Part shown: positions 7,843 to 16,983 of the stretch, piece after piece
How positions within the stretch are numbered: the stretch's first letter is position 1
How the letters are laid out: each line of letters begins with the position of its first letter
Assembly: GCA_964437885.1 (NCBI GenBank)
Contig: CAYTIZ010000002.1
Location: 1-25,636, forward strand
Length of the DNA: 25,636 nucleotides
Direction: 5' to 3'
DNA from: an uncultured Enterobacteriaceae bacterium
GTDB lineage: Bacteria; Pseudomonadota; Gammaproteobacteria; Eutrophobiales; Eutrophobiaceae
Notes under the pieces: model-generated
Told to the model about the DNA's origin: nothing
Seen by the model: only the letters and a program-made list of their open reading frames with translations
Database searches by the model: none
Translations under genes and position numbers: made by a program

Positions 7843-8628
7843 ATGGCTAATGCATTATGGATTGCAAAAACAGGTTTGGATGCACAGCAATCGCGTATGG
7901 CGATCATTGCAAATAATCTCGCAAATGTTAATACAACAGGTTATAAATATTCAAGACCCATCTTCAATGATTTGTTGTACCAGACAATAAGACAACCTGG
8001 TGCAGCGTCATCGCAAAACACAGAAGTTCCATCTGGCTTATTATTAGGCACCGGTGTTAGAACGATGTCGACACAAAAGTTTTATAGTCAGGGAAGTATT
8101 ATCCAGACAGAAAACCCGACGGACATTGGCATTACGGGTAAGGGTTTTTTTGAGATTTTACTGCCTGATGGTGGAACTGCTTATACGCGTGATGGTACGT
8201 TTCAAATCAGTTCAACAGGTAATTTAGTAACTTCAAATGGTTTTCTCCTACAACCTGCGATTACTATTCCGCCAAACATACAAAGCTTGTCTATTGGAGA
8301 GGATGGAATTGTTAGTGTAGTGACGGCAGGCTCGACTGCTCCTACCCAGATCGGGTCAATTCAATTATCCGACTTTGTTAATCCGGCAGGTCTGCAACCC
8401 ATTGGTGATAATTTAGTCAAAGAAACTGCGGCCAGTGGTCAACCGATAGCAGGTACACCGGGGCTAGCAGGATTAGGAAGAACTATTCAGGGCGCACTGG
8501 AAAATTCGAATGTCAATGTTGTTGCAGAACTAGTCAATATGATTGAAACGCAGCGTGCTTATGAAATGAATTCGAAGGCAATCTCAACAGCGGATCAAAT
8601 GTTGCAGTTTGCTAGTCAGAATCTATAA
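7843..8628 (+). CDS. flgG: Distal rod protein FlgG
   Basis: '[13 protein letters not shown]...[13 protein letters not shown]', 'LYQTIRQPG' and '[27 protein letters not shown]'. Confidence 0.98.
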   Translation: MANALWIAKTGLDAQQSRMAIIANNLANVNTTGYKYSRPIFNDLLYQTIRQPGAASSQNTEVPSGLLLGTGVRTMSTQKFYSQGSIIQTENPTDIGITGKGFFEILLPDGGTAYTRDGTFQISSTGNLVTSNGFLLQPAITIPPNIQSLSIGEDGIVSVVTAGSTAPTQIGSIQLSDFVNPAGLQPIGDNLVKETAASGQPIAGTPGLAGLGRTIQGALENSNVNVVAELVNMIETQRAYEMNSKAISTADQMLQFASQNL

Positions 8629-8640
8629 AATGGGAATGTA

Positions 8641-9369
8641 ATGATGTGTAAACTTACTGAGCAATACCGAATAGTCTTTGTTTTCATGATATTAATCAGT
8701 GTTGTTCTGGTTTCAGGTTGTCAAACACAGGCAATACGTGATCCAGCCTATGCCGCTGTGCGACCAAGCTTGCCGCCGGTAGAACCAGTATCTAATGGTT
8801 CAATTTATAAACCAGGCTTTGATGTGCGTTTATATGAAGATATTAAAGCGCGCAGGGTCGGTGATATCTTAACGGTGTTATTAAATGAAGCGACTAATGC
8901 GGAAAAAGAGGCAACAACAGACGTTACCAAGGCGAATACCAGCACAATAACCAATCCGACCATATTTGGTACGTCACCTGAATTTAGTTTGCCAAAATTT
9001 ATGCCTTTAGCAGCTACTCAAAATTTAAATTTGGCTACTAGCTTAAGTTCGGATCACTCACTCGCGGGTTCGGGTGAGGCAGCTCAGAACAATCTATTGA
9101 CGGGAACCATCACCGTATCCGTTGTGGAAGTCTTACCTAATGGCAACTTAATTATTCGTGGCGAAAAACGAGTGACCCTGAACAATGGTGTTGAATATAT
9201 CCAATTGTCTGGCATTGTCAGACAGTCGGATATTACTGGATCAAACTCAATACAATCCACCCAGATTGCCGATGCGACGATTATCTATACTGGTGATGGC
9301 GCCATTGCAGAATCTAATAAACAAGGTTGGTTAGCACGATTTTTTGCCAGCCCTTTAATGCCTTACTAA
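8641..9369 (+). CDS. flgH: L-ring lipoprotein FlgH
   Basis: Lipobox 'LVSGC', 'LYEDIKARRVGDILTV', 'VLPNGNLIIRGEK' and 'GWLARFF'. Confidence 0.97.
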   Translation: MMCKLTEQYRIVFVFMILISVVLVSGCQTQAIRDPAYAAVRPSLPPVEPVSNGSIYKPGFDVRLYEDIKARRVGDILTVLLNEATNAEKEATTDVTKANTSTITNPTIFGTSPEFSLPKFMPLAATQNLNLATSLSSDHSLAGSGEAAQNNLLTGTITVSVVEVLPNGNLIIRGEKRVTLNNGVEYIQLSGIVRQSDITGSNSIQSTQIADATIIYTGDGAIAESNKQGWLARFFASPLMPY

Positions 9370-9381
9370 GAGGTGCCTTCA

Positions 9382-10479
9382 ATGAAATCACTAAAAGTAT
9401 TCTCTCTGTTTATCTTATTACTTAATTCTTCTTTCGTATTAGCAGAACGGATTAAGGATGTTGCCAATATCGCAGGCGTACGCGAAAACCAGTTAATTGG
9501 TTATGGTGTGGTGGTAGGTCTGAATGGTACCGGTGATACTTCCAACGCATTTACCAACCAGAGTGTGGAAAGCATGTTAAAACAGTTTGGGATTACTTTA
9601 CCTTTTGGTACGAGGCTAATAATTAAAAATGTTGCCGCAGTTGCTCTACATGCAAAACTTCCACCGTTTGCTAAACCAGGACAAGAAATTGATATAACCC
9701 TTTCATCATTGGGTAATGCCAAAAGTTTACGCGGCGGTAGTTTATTAATGACACCCTTAAAAGGTATTGATGGAAATATCTATGCCATTGCACAAGGTAA
9801 TGTTGTTGTGGGTGGTTTTGGAGTTGAAACAAAAGATGGCTCTAGTGTGTCAGTTAATATTCCGAGCTCAGGTCGTATTCCAAATGGAGCCATTGTTGAG
9901 CGATCAGTACCGTCACCTTTTGGACAATCAGGTTCAATTGTACTTAATTTACACCGTCCCGATTTTACTACGGCAAATCGTATGGCCGATGCGATAAATG
10001 AATGGATAGGTTTAGGTACTGCTCAGGCGCTTGATGGCATTTCAGTTAATGTCACAGCACCAGCAGAAATTTCTCAACGAGTTGCTTTTGTATCATTACT
10101 GGAAAATATTACCTTTGAACCGGGTTCTGCACCTGCTCGTGTGATCATAAATTCAAGAACTGGCACAGTTGTAATAAGCAAACATGTTACTGTGGATGAA
10201 GCGGCTGTTTCACATGGTAGTCTGGTCGTTACTATCACCGAGAATCCAATCATCAGTCAACCAGGTGCATTTTCAGATGGCACAACTGCAGTTGTACCAT
10301 CTCAGGATATCTCTGTTGAACAAGAAAATAATAGTATGTTTTTGTTTAACCCTGGTGTATCACTGGATGATGTCGTCCGTGCTGTTAATCAGGTTGGTGC
10401 CGCACCGGGCGATTTAGTTGCCATCCTTGAAGCATTAAAAGAAGCCGGTGCACTCAGAGCTCAACTTATTATTATTTGA
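9382..10479 (+). CDS. flgI: P-ring protein FlgI
   Basis: Signal peptide, then '[32 protein letters not shown]', '[11 protein letters not shown]' and '[13 protein letters not shown]'. The ATG at 9382 fits SD GAGGT better than the GTG at 9373. Confidence 0.97.
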   Translation: MKSLKVFSLFILLLNSSFVLAERIKDVANIAGVRENQLIGYGVVVGLNGTGDTSNAFTNQSVESMLKQFGITLPFGTRLIIKNVAAVALHAKLPPFAKPGQEIDITLSSLGNAKSLRGGSLLMTPLKGIDGNIYAIAQGNVVVGGFGVETKDGSSVSVNIPSSGRIPNGAIVERSVPSPFGQSGSIVLNLHRPDFTTANRMADAINEWIGLGTAQALDGISVNVTAPAEISQRVAFVSLLENITFEPGSAPARVIINSRTGTVVISKHVTVDEAAVSHGSLVVTITENPIISQPGAFSDGTTAVVPSQDISVEQENNSMFLFNPGVSLDDVVRAVNQVGAAPGDLVAILEALKEAGALRAQLIII

Positions 10480-10641
10480 TTATTTTTCTCTGTGATGCAT
10501 TTATTTTGCTGGTCGAAATTTTTATCAAACCTCTAAGCTGATTAGGCAAGAAAGCGTCTGTTTCGGAAAATTATTGCCACGATACTATTTCTTGTTCATC
10601 TTAATCGATAAATATCAACAACATAGGTATAGAACGGTGTT

Positions 10642-10657
10642 TGGCACAATAGATGCT
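10642..10657 (+). promoter_or_regulatory. Internal sigma54 promoter for flgJKL
   Basis: TGGCACAATAGATGCT = GG-N10-GC within a 241-bp intergenic gap. GGCAA (10545) and TTGCC (10574) half-sites lie upstream. Confidence 0.8.
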
Positions 10658-10720
10658 TTTAGATCAGGTAATAATGATTAAACCATTAAAAAAAGATACT
10701 CAGTGGCGAAAAAATAAATA

Positions 10721-11587
10721 ATGCAAACCGATCTTTCAAGCGCAAGTATTTATACTGAATTCAGTGGCCTGAATAAGCTCAAGCTGGCGGCTAAACATGC
10801 TTCGCCTGAAGCACTTGAAGAAGTAGCTAATCAATTTGAAGCCTTTTTTCTGAAGATGATGTTAAAACAAATGCGTGATGCCAGTTTAGGTGATGGACTG
10901 TTTGATTCTGATCAATCACGCATGTATCAGGACATGATGGATCAGCAACTATCATTAGATCTGGCGGGAAAACGAGCTTTTGGTATAGCAGATAGCATTA
11001 TCAAGCAACTTCAACATACGGTTAAGAGTAATGAAAAATCAGAAGGACTAAATCCATTACCTAAACGTGCTCACTTTGATCAGACGATGCTAAAGCTGTC
11101 GCCCGATATTCAGGTGAGAAAAGATAATTTTCAATCACCAAAAGAATTTATCAATGTCATGCGCCCTTATGCTGAAGATGCTGCAGAAAAACTGGGTGTT
11201 CCAGCAAATGTTTTGTTAGCGCAGTCAGCGCTGGAAACAGGTTGGGGCAATAAAGTGATTCAACATAGTAACGGCCAAAATAGCCATAATTTGTTTGGTA
11301 TAAAAGCCGATGGTCAGTGGCAGGGTCAACAGGTCAATGTAAGTTCACTGGAATTCGTTGATGGTAAGGCAAAGCGTGAATTTTCAAATTTTAGGGTATA
11401 TGAATCCTATAAACAAAGCTTTGATGATTATGTCGATTTTATCAAGAGCAATGATCGATATCGTACGGCATTACAAAACCGTGGTGACGGTGAAGCCTAT
11501 ATTAAGACTTTACAGGATGTAGGTTATGCAACTGATCCGCAGTATGCAAACAAGGTTATTAATATTATTAACCGCGAAGCTATTTAA
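10721..11587 (+). CDS. flgJ: Rod-cap/peptidoglycan hydrolase FlgJ (rod-binding + GH73)
   Basis: 'ANQFEAFFLKMMLKQMRDA' N-domain, and 'AQSALETGWG', 'SHNLFGIKAD', 'GYATDPQYANK' muramidase motifs. Confidence 0.97.
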   Translation: MQTDLSSASIYTEFSGLNKLKLAAKHASPEALEEVANQFEAFFLKMMLKQMRDASLGDGLFDSDQSRMYQDMMDQQLSLDLAGKRAFGIADSIIKQLQHTVKSNEKSEGLNPLPKRAHFDQTMLKLSPDIQVRKDNFQSPKEFINVMRPYAEDAAEKLGVPANVLLAQSALETGWGNKVIQHSNGQNSHNLFGIKADGQWQGQQVNVSSLEFVDGKAKREFSNFRVYESYKQSFDDYVDFIKSNDRYRTALQNRGDGEAYIKTLQDVGYATDPQYANKVINIINREAI

Positions 11588-11603
11588 ATGGTAATTAACA
11601 AAA

Positions 11604-13535
11604 ATGGCAATATTAAACTCAGCAATTAGTGGATTACTGGCTGCACAACGGAGCCTGGCAACGGTCAGTCAAAATATTTCCAATGTCAATACTGAAGGTT
11701 ATAGTCGCCAACGTGTTCAACTGGATGCGCGTGAAGCACAATTTGTAGGTTCAGGTTATCTTGGTAGCGGTGTTAAGGTTACAAGCATTACTAGAATCTC
11801 TAATCAGTTTATTAATACACAATTGCGAACAAGTACAAGTAGCTCAAACGATATCAATGCCTTCTTAACGCTTGCAAGCCGAGTTGATAATATGCTCGCT
11901 GATTCAGAAACAGGTTTGAGTCCGAGTTTACAAAATTTCTTTGCCGCAATTCAGGATGTGAATGATTTACCTTCATCTGCAACGTCGCGTCAAGTTATGC
12001 TCAGTGAGGCTCAGTCTATGGTTTCTCGCTTTCAGTTTCTTGATAGTCGCTTGTCCGATCTTGGCAATGAAGTGAAGATCAGGCTTAGTAACGATATTCG
12101 TGACATCAATACTCTTGCCAAATCAATTGCTGATGTTAATACAAGTATTGTTGCGGCAATCGGTGCTTCGGGTGGTCAACCTCCCAATGACTTACTTGAT
12201 CAACGAGAAAACTTGGTTCTGGACTTGGCAGAGTTGGTGTCCGTCAATACACTTGAACAGGCCGATGGTTCATTAAATGTTTTTATAGGTAAAGGACTAC
12301 CTTTAGTTGTTAGTAAAAGTGCCAGTGTTTTAGCGGTTACTGAAACCTATGAAGGGCATTATGAAATATCTGTAACCGATAGTTTTAGCTCTAGCATTAT
12401 TACCGATAGTATTAGTGGTGGTTCTCTTGGAGGTCAAATTAACTTTCAAGCACAAATGCTAGAGCCTGCTAAAAATGCTTTGGGTCGTCTGGCAATAGGT
12501 TTGGCCGATACCTTTAATGACCAATATCGTTTAGGCGCAAGTCTGGATGGTGATGTTAATACTGCGTTCTTTGCCGTAGGTGTGCCCACTGTAGCTGCGT
12601 TAGGTACAGCACCAAATAATGTGACTTCGGTAATCACTGATCCGACTCAACTTTCAGATAGCGATTACCGTCTGACATTTACCGGTGGAAATAATTACAC
12701 ATTAACGCGTTTGAGTGATGCTACGACGACAGCTATCGATACCGGCGGTACTTCTCCCTATACAACATCTGCAGTGGACGGTTTTACTTTAACCATAACC
12801 GCAGGTGCGACAGCGGGTGATCAATATATCATTCGACCAACAGTCAATGGTGCGAGTGATATTTCTGTTTTAATAACAGATCCAAGAAAAATTGCGATGG
12901 CAGGGCCTTTGCAGGGCGGTGTTGCGACTAATGCTTCGGGTATTCCGACAAATATAGGTTCAGCTGCAATATCTGACGTTAATATTTCATCGGTGACAGG
13001 AGTCCCTCTGGCTTCAAGTATTACCTTGACCTTTAATGCAGCGCTTAACCGCTTTGATATGACAGGAGGAGCAACGGGGATCCTGGCTTATAACCCAACT
13101 ACAGAAAATGCGGGCAAGCAATTTACCATTGCCGCTGCCGGTAATGCGACATTTACAATTTCAGGTGTACCTCAAAATGGTGATGCCTTTGTTATTCAAA
13201 ATAATAGCGGAGCTGACGGCGACAATCGAAATGGATTATTACTTAGTGATTTGCAATCAAGTCGATTTTTGTTAAATGGCTCATCGTCCTATGCAGATAC
13301 CTATGGTCAAATGGTAGCAAATATTGGAGCAACGACGCGACAATCAGAAATCAGTAGTGAAGCATTGAGTGCCTTACTGGATCAGACTGTTGAAGCACGT
13401 GAAAGTATATCGGGTGTAAATCTGGATGAAGAGGCAGCTAATATACTTAAATTTCAACAAGCCTATTCTGCCTCTGCACAAATGATTAAAGTGTCTGATA
13501 CTTTGTTTAACACATTAATAAACGCATTTCGATAG
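11604..13535 (+). CDS. flgK: Hook-associated protein FlgK
   Basis: 'SQNISNVNTEGYSRQRV', 'NDLLDQRE' and 'SGVNLDEEAANILKFQQAYSASAQ'. Confidence 0.97.
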   Translation: MAILNSAISGLLAAQRSLATVSQNISNVNTEGYSRQRVQLDAREAQFVGSGYLGSGVKVTSITRISNQFINTQLRTSTSSSNDINAFLTLASRVDNMLADSETGLSPSLQNFFAAIQDVNDLPSSATSRQVMLSEAQSMVSRFQFLDSRLSDLGNEVKIRLSNDIRDINTLAKSIADVNTSIVAAIGASGGQPPNDLLDQRENLVLDLAELVSVNTLEQADGSLNVFIGKGLPLVVSKSASVLAVTETYEGHYEISVTDSFSSSIITDSISGGSLGGQINFQAQMLEPAKNALGRLAIGLADTFNDQYRLGASLDGDVNTAFFAVGVPTVAALGTAPNNVTSVITDPTQLSDSDYRLTFTGGNNYTLTRLSDATTTAIDTGGTSPYTTSAVDGFTLTITAGATAGDQYIIRPTVNGASDISVLITDPRKIAMAGPLQGGVATNASGIPTNIGSAAISDVNISSVTGVPLASSITLTFNAALNRFDMTGGATGILAYNPTTENAGKQFTIAAAGNATFTISGVPQNGDAFVIQNNSGADGDNRNGLLLSDLQSSRFLLNGSSSYADTYGQMVANIGATTRQSEISSEALSALLDQTVEARESISGVNLDEEAANILKFQQAYSASAQMIKVSDTLFNTLINAFR

Positions 13536-13543
13536 GGTATTTT

Positions 13544-14755
13544 ATGCGAGTTTCAACATCTTATTTTTCACAGCGCGGGCTAGCTAGCATGCTCGAGCAG
13601 CAGAAACGTCTTTCTGAAATTCAGGAACAGATATCATCAGGTAAACGTTTGGTCAGACCTTCTGATGATCCTAGTGGCGCTGCTCAAATATTGCGTCTGG
13701 AACAGTCACTCTCTGTGACAAATCAATATCAACGTAATGCCAATAACGCATTAGGTAGATTGACACTGGAAGAGTCATCACTCGATGCCATGCAGGATTC
13801 ATTATTACGCATTAGAGAAATTGCCATTCAGGGTGCTAATCCCGTCATTAGTAATACGGACCGTCTTGCTTTAGCGCAAGAAGTGCGTGAACGGCTGAAT
13901 GAACTGGTGAGTCTTGCCAATACCCGAGATGCAAATCAGGAATATTTATTTTCAGGTTATAAAGTGACAACCAAACCCGTTAGTCAGGCTGCGAATGGCG
14001 GCTTTCTTTATAATGGAGATCAGGGTCAGCGTGCCTTGCAGATAGCATCCGGTCGTCAGATGATGGATAGCGATTCAGGCAATGATGTTTTTATTAACAT
14101 AAAAAATGGTAATGGTACATTTCAGACCAGTGCAAATGCGTTAAATGGTGGCTCAGGAGTCTTCGATATTGGTCAGGTCGTTGACACAGCAGCCTATGTT
14201 GCAGATACCTATACGATTACCATAGCAGGTACAGCAGGAAGTCTTACTTATGGTGTGACTGGTGCAACCAGTGGTGTTGTGATTGCTGCGGGAACAGCTT
14301 ATTCCAGCGGTGGCACAATTCAGTTTAATGGCTTACAGACCGGGATAACTGGCGAGCCGGTTGCGGGTGATACCTTTACCATAAAGCCGAGTAACACGCA
14401 GGATATGTTTACTTCGATTCAGAAATTGGTCACAGCATTGGAAACTACAATTTCAAGTTCTGCTGGGCAGTCGGATATTCTTAATCAAATCAATCCCGCT
14501 TTGAGTGAAATCGATCTGGCGTTTGACAATATTACACGTATTCGCACCAGTGTCGGCGCCAGACTTAAAACGATTGACGATCAAATCAATGTTAATGAAG
14601 GCTTCAAAATTGAAATGGCTTCAACTTTATCCAAAGTCAGAGACCTTGATATTGCTAAAGCTGCAGTTGAATTACAGTCACGTTTAATTGCCTTGCAAGC
14701 AGCGCAAACCACCTATACCCGTATTCAGGGCTTATCACTGTTTAACTTTTTCTAG
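13544..14755 (+). CDS. flgL: Hook-filament junction protein FlgL
   Basis: 'MRVST', 'ISSGKRLVRPSDDP', 'ANTRDANQEYLFSG' and 'ALQAAQTTYTRIQGLSLFNF'. Confidence 0.97.
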   Translation: MRVSTSYFSQRGLASMLEQQKRLSEIQEQISSGKRLVRPSDDPSGAAQILRLEQSLSVTNQYQRNANNALGRLTLEESSLDAMQDSLLRIREIAIQGANPVISNTDRLALAQEVRERLNELVSLANTRDANQEYLFSGYKVTTKPVSQAANGGFLYNGDQGQRALQIASGRQMMDSDSGNDVFINIKNGNGTFQTSANALNGGSGVFDIGQVVDTAAYVADTYTITIAGTAGSLTYGVTGATSGVVIAAGTAYSSGGTIQFNGLQTGITGEPVAGDTFTIKPSNTQDMFTSIQKLVTALETTISSSAGQSDILNQINPALSEIDLAFDNITRIRTSVGARLKTIDDQINVNEGFKIEMASTLSKVRDLDIAKAAVELQSRLIALQAAQTTYTRIQGLSLFNFF

Positions 14756-14877
14756 CTATCAAGCTACGTCTAAGCCTGATATTTAACTTATTGTTGTGCT
14801 GTTTTTGATATGAATCCTACAGATCTATTTATCATTAGTTTCCATTTCTTACCCCCCTAAATAAACCTAAATATTGC

Positions 14878-14904
14878 TAAAGTTTTTTTTTGTCTATCCG
14901 ATAA
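14878..14904 (+). promoter_or_regulatory. Primary sigma28 promoter of fliC
   Basis: TAAAGTTT-N11-TCCGATAA, a near-consensus match. Confidence 0.9.
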
Positions 14905-14931
14905 CCTAATCGGAAGCAGTGAATATTGTCC

Positions 14932-14958
14932 CTAAGTTCGATACACCGGGGTCGATAT
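14932..14958 (+). promoter_or_regulatory. Possible second, weaker sigma28 promoter of fliC
   Basis: CTAAGTTC-N11-GTCGATAT (5/8 and 6/8 matches). Its -10 is identical to the cheV -10. Confidence 0.45.
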
Positions 14959-15026
14959 ATCTGCTAAAGATAAACCTTAATTGCTATTGTGAAATACAGA
15001 TACAGTAGGATTAAAAGGAGAAAATT

Positions 15027-16430
15027 ATGCCATTAGTAATTGGAACAAATGTAATGTCTCTAAATGCACAACGCAACCTGGATTCATCAAGTAGCACTTT
15101 GGCAACAGCACTACAGAGACTATCATCAGGTATGCGAATCAACAGCGCGAAGGATGACGCTGCTGGTCTCGCTATTGCAAACAGAATGACTGCTCAGATT
15201 CGCGGTCTTAATCAGGCGCAACGAAATGCAAACGATGGTATTTCATTAGCGCAAACGGCTGAAGGTGCCATGGGTACCATTACTAGCAACTTACAACGTA
15301 TTCGTGAGTTATCGATTCAATCAGCCAACGCAACCAACAGTAGTTCTGACCGTGCAGCACTACAAACAGAAGCGGCACAGCTAATCGCTGAAATTGATCG
15401 TGTTGCTTCAACCACCAGTTTTAACAGTGTAAACCTGTTAGACGGAACATTTACATCGCAACAATTCCAGGTGGGTGCTAATGCAGGTGAAACCATTACG
15501 TTGGCATCAATTGCCAGTGCTAGAGGCGCTGATTTAGGTGCGAGTTATTCTGCCTCTGTTACCAGTGGTGTAGTTACTGCTAACGCTATTGATGCGGGTG
15601 ACTTGATCATCAACGGTGTCACATTAGGTGCAGTGGGTACTAATGACGCGTCTACTTTAGCAACTGCTATCAATGGATTGTCTGGTACGGGTGTTACGGC
15701 TTCTGCTAATTCATTGACAGTCAGTGGTGGTACAACGGGTACAACGGCTGGCACAGGTACTTTAACCATTAATGGAACAACCACAGCGACGATTACCCTG
15801 ACTACTACAGCAGCTACTAACAGAACCAATGTTGTTGCGGGTATTAATGCTATATCCGGTGCAACCGGTGTTACGGCGGTTGATGATGGTACCGGTGTTG
15901 ATCTTATTTCAGCAGATGGCTCAAATGTCACGAATTCATTTACTCAGGCGTCGGGTACCTTTACAGCAACGACTACTGGTGTAGCAGCAGCTGCAACTAC
16001 CCGTAGTACAGTTACTTTAAGTACAACTTCCAGTGGCGGTATTACTTTGAGTACAGGTGGAACGATTGCTGATACCGGTTTTTCTGCGGCTACCACAGCG
16101 TCAGCACTTTCTGGAACATCTGTTTCCAATACTGACATTTCAACTCTTACTGGTGCTAATGCCGCTATCGCGACAATGGATTCAGCACTGAATGCGATTA
16201 ACTCTTCTCGTGCCGTATTAGGTGCTATACAGAGTCGGTTTGAATCAGTTGTGTCTAACCTGGCAACAACTTCTGAGAACCTGTCAGCTGCTCGTAGTCG
16301 AATTCAGGATGCGGATTTCGCGGCTGAAACAGCAGCGTTGACAAAAAGCCAGATCTTGCAACAAGCAGGTATCTCCATTTTGTCACAAGCAAACTCACAG
16401 CCTCAATTAGTACTGTCATTATTACAATAG
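15027..16430 (+). CDS. fliC: Flagellin
   Basis: '[22 protein letters not shown]', '[13 protein letters not shown]' and C-terminal '[25 protein letters not shown]'. Thr/Gly/Ala-rich variable core. SD AAGGAG. Confidence 0.98.
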   Translation: MPLVIGTNVMSLNAQRNLDSSSSTLATALQRLSSGMRINSAKDDAAGLAIANRMTAQIRGLNQAQRNANDGISLAQTAEGAMGTITSNLQRIRELSIQSANATNSSSDRAALQTEAAQLIAEIDRVASTTSFNSVNLLDGTFTSQQFQVGANAGETITLASIASARGADLGASYSASVTSGVVTANAIDAGDLIINGVTLGAVGTNDASTLATAINGLSGTGVTASANSLTVSGGTTGTTAGTGTLTINGTTTATITLTTTAATNRTNVVAGINAISGATGVTAVDDGTGVDLISADGSNVTNSFTQASGTFTATTTGVAAAATTRSTVTLSTTSSGGITLSTGGTIADTGFSAATTASALSGTSVSNTDISTLTGANAAIATMDSALNAINSSRAVLGAIQSRFESVVSNLATTSENLSAARSRIQDADFAAETAALTKSQILQQAGISILSQANSQPQLVLSLLQ

Positions 16431-16467
16431 TAATAGGCAGTAATAATGAGCTTGAGTAGTAAAAAAA

Positions 16468-16497
16468 GTGGTCGGGTTAATAGCCCGACCACACTTT
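16468..16497. terminator. Rho-independent terminator hairpin after fliC, probably bidirectional
   Basis: Stem GTGGTCGGG/CCCGACCAC (16468-16492). Short ACTTT tail on +, and an upstream A7 giving a strong U-tract on -. Confidence 0.75.
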
Positions 16498-16525
16498 AAA
16501 GTTAATTTTTTGGAGGTAATATATT

Positions 16526-16918
16526 ATGCCTACTGAAATCACCACAGAGATGAGACAAACGATGTCTCGTGTCGCTGAAACCTCGCGAGTTCAGCAACAA
16601 CAAAAGGTGATTGAGGCTGATAGGACTGATGCACGGCAAGGCTTGTCTGGAAATGAACAATCTGTGCCGCCTGCTAGGGAAAGTAGTCAACCATTAAACC
16701 AACAATTGGATCAAGCTACTGCTGAAATGAATAAACATGTTCAGAGTTTGAAGCGTGATTTGCATTTTAGTATTAATGACGAAACGGGTGAAACCGTTAT
16801 CAGTGTAGTCGATAGCAAGACACAGGATCTGATCCGCACTATCCCCTCTGAGGAGTTTATTAGTATGTCGCAGCAGTTAAGCCAAACTGTAGGTATGTTG
16901 CTTAACGCCAAAGCATAG
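16526..16918 (+). CDS. flaG: FlaG family protein
   Basis: 'LKRDLHFSINDETGETVISVVDSKTQDLIRTIPSEE...GMLLNAKA'. SD GGAGG. Lies between fliC and fliD. Confidence 0.95.
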   Translation: MPTEITTEMRQTMSRVAETSRVQQQQKVIEADRTDARQGLSGNEQSVPPARESSQPLNQQLDQATAEMNKHVQSLKRDLHFSINDETGETVISVVDSKTQDLIRTIPSEEFISMSQQLSQTVGMLLNAKA

Positions 16919-16919
16919 T

Positions 16920-16935
16920 TGGTGCGGTTTCTGCA
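16920..16935 (+). promoter_or_regulatory. Possible sigma54 promoter of fliDST
   Basis: TGGTGCGGTTTCTGCA = GG-N10-GC but non-consensus after GG. fliD is sigma54-driven in P. aeruginosa. Confidence 0.45.
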
Positions 16936-16983
16936 TTAGACTATGCAGAATATGTTAAGAAACCTTATATAAGAGGAATCGTT

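Noticed and set aside
10585-10611. ATCGATAA as a sigma28 -10 before flgJ
   Set aside because: The sequence at the -35 position (CTATTTCT) does not match TAAAGTTT.
15545-16138. Val/Pro/Ala-rich minus-strand ORFs (128 and 64 aa)
   Set aside because: Antisense shadows of the Thr/Gly/Ala-rich flagellin core. The same applies to the shadows inside fliD, flgK, flgI, cheV, fleQ, fleR and fliF.
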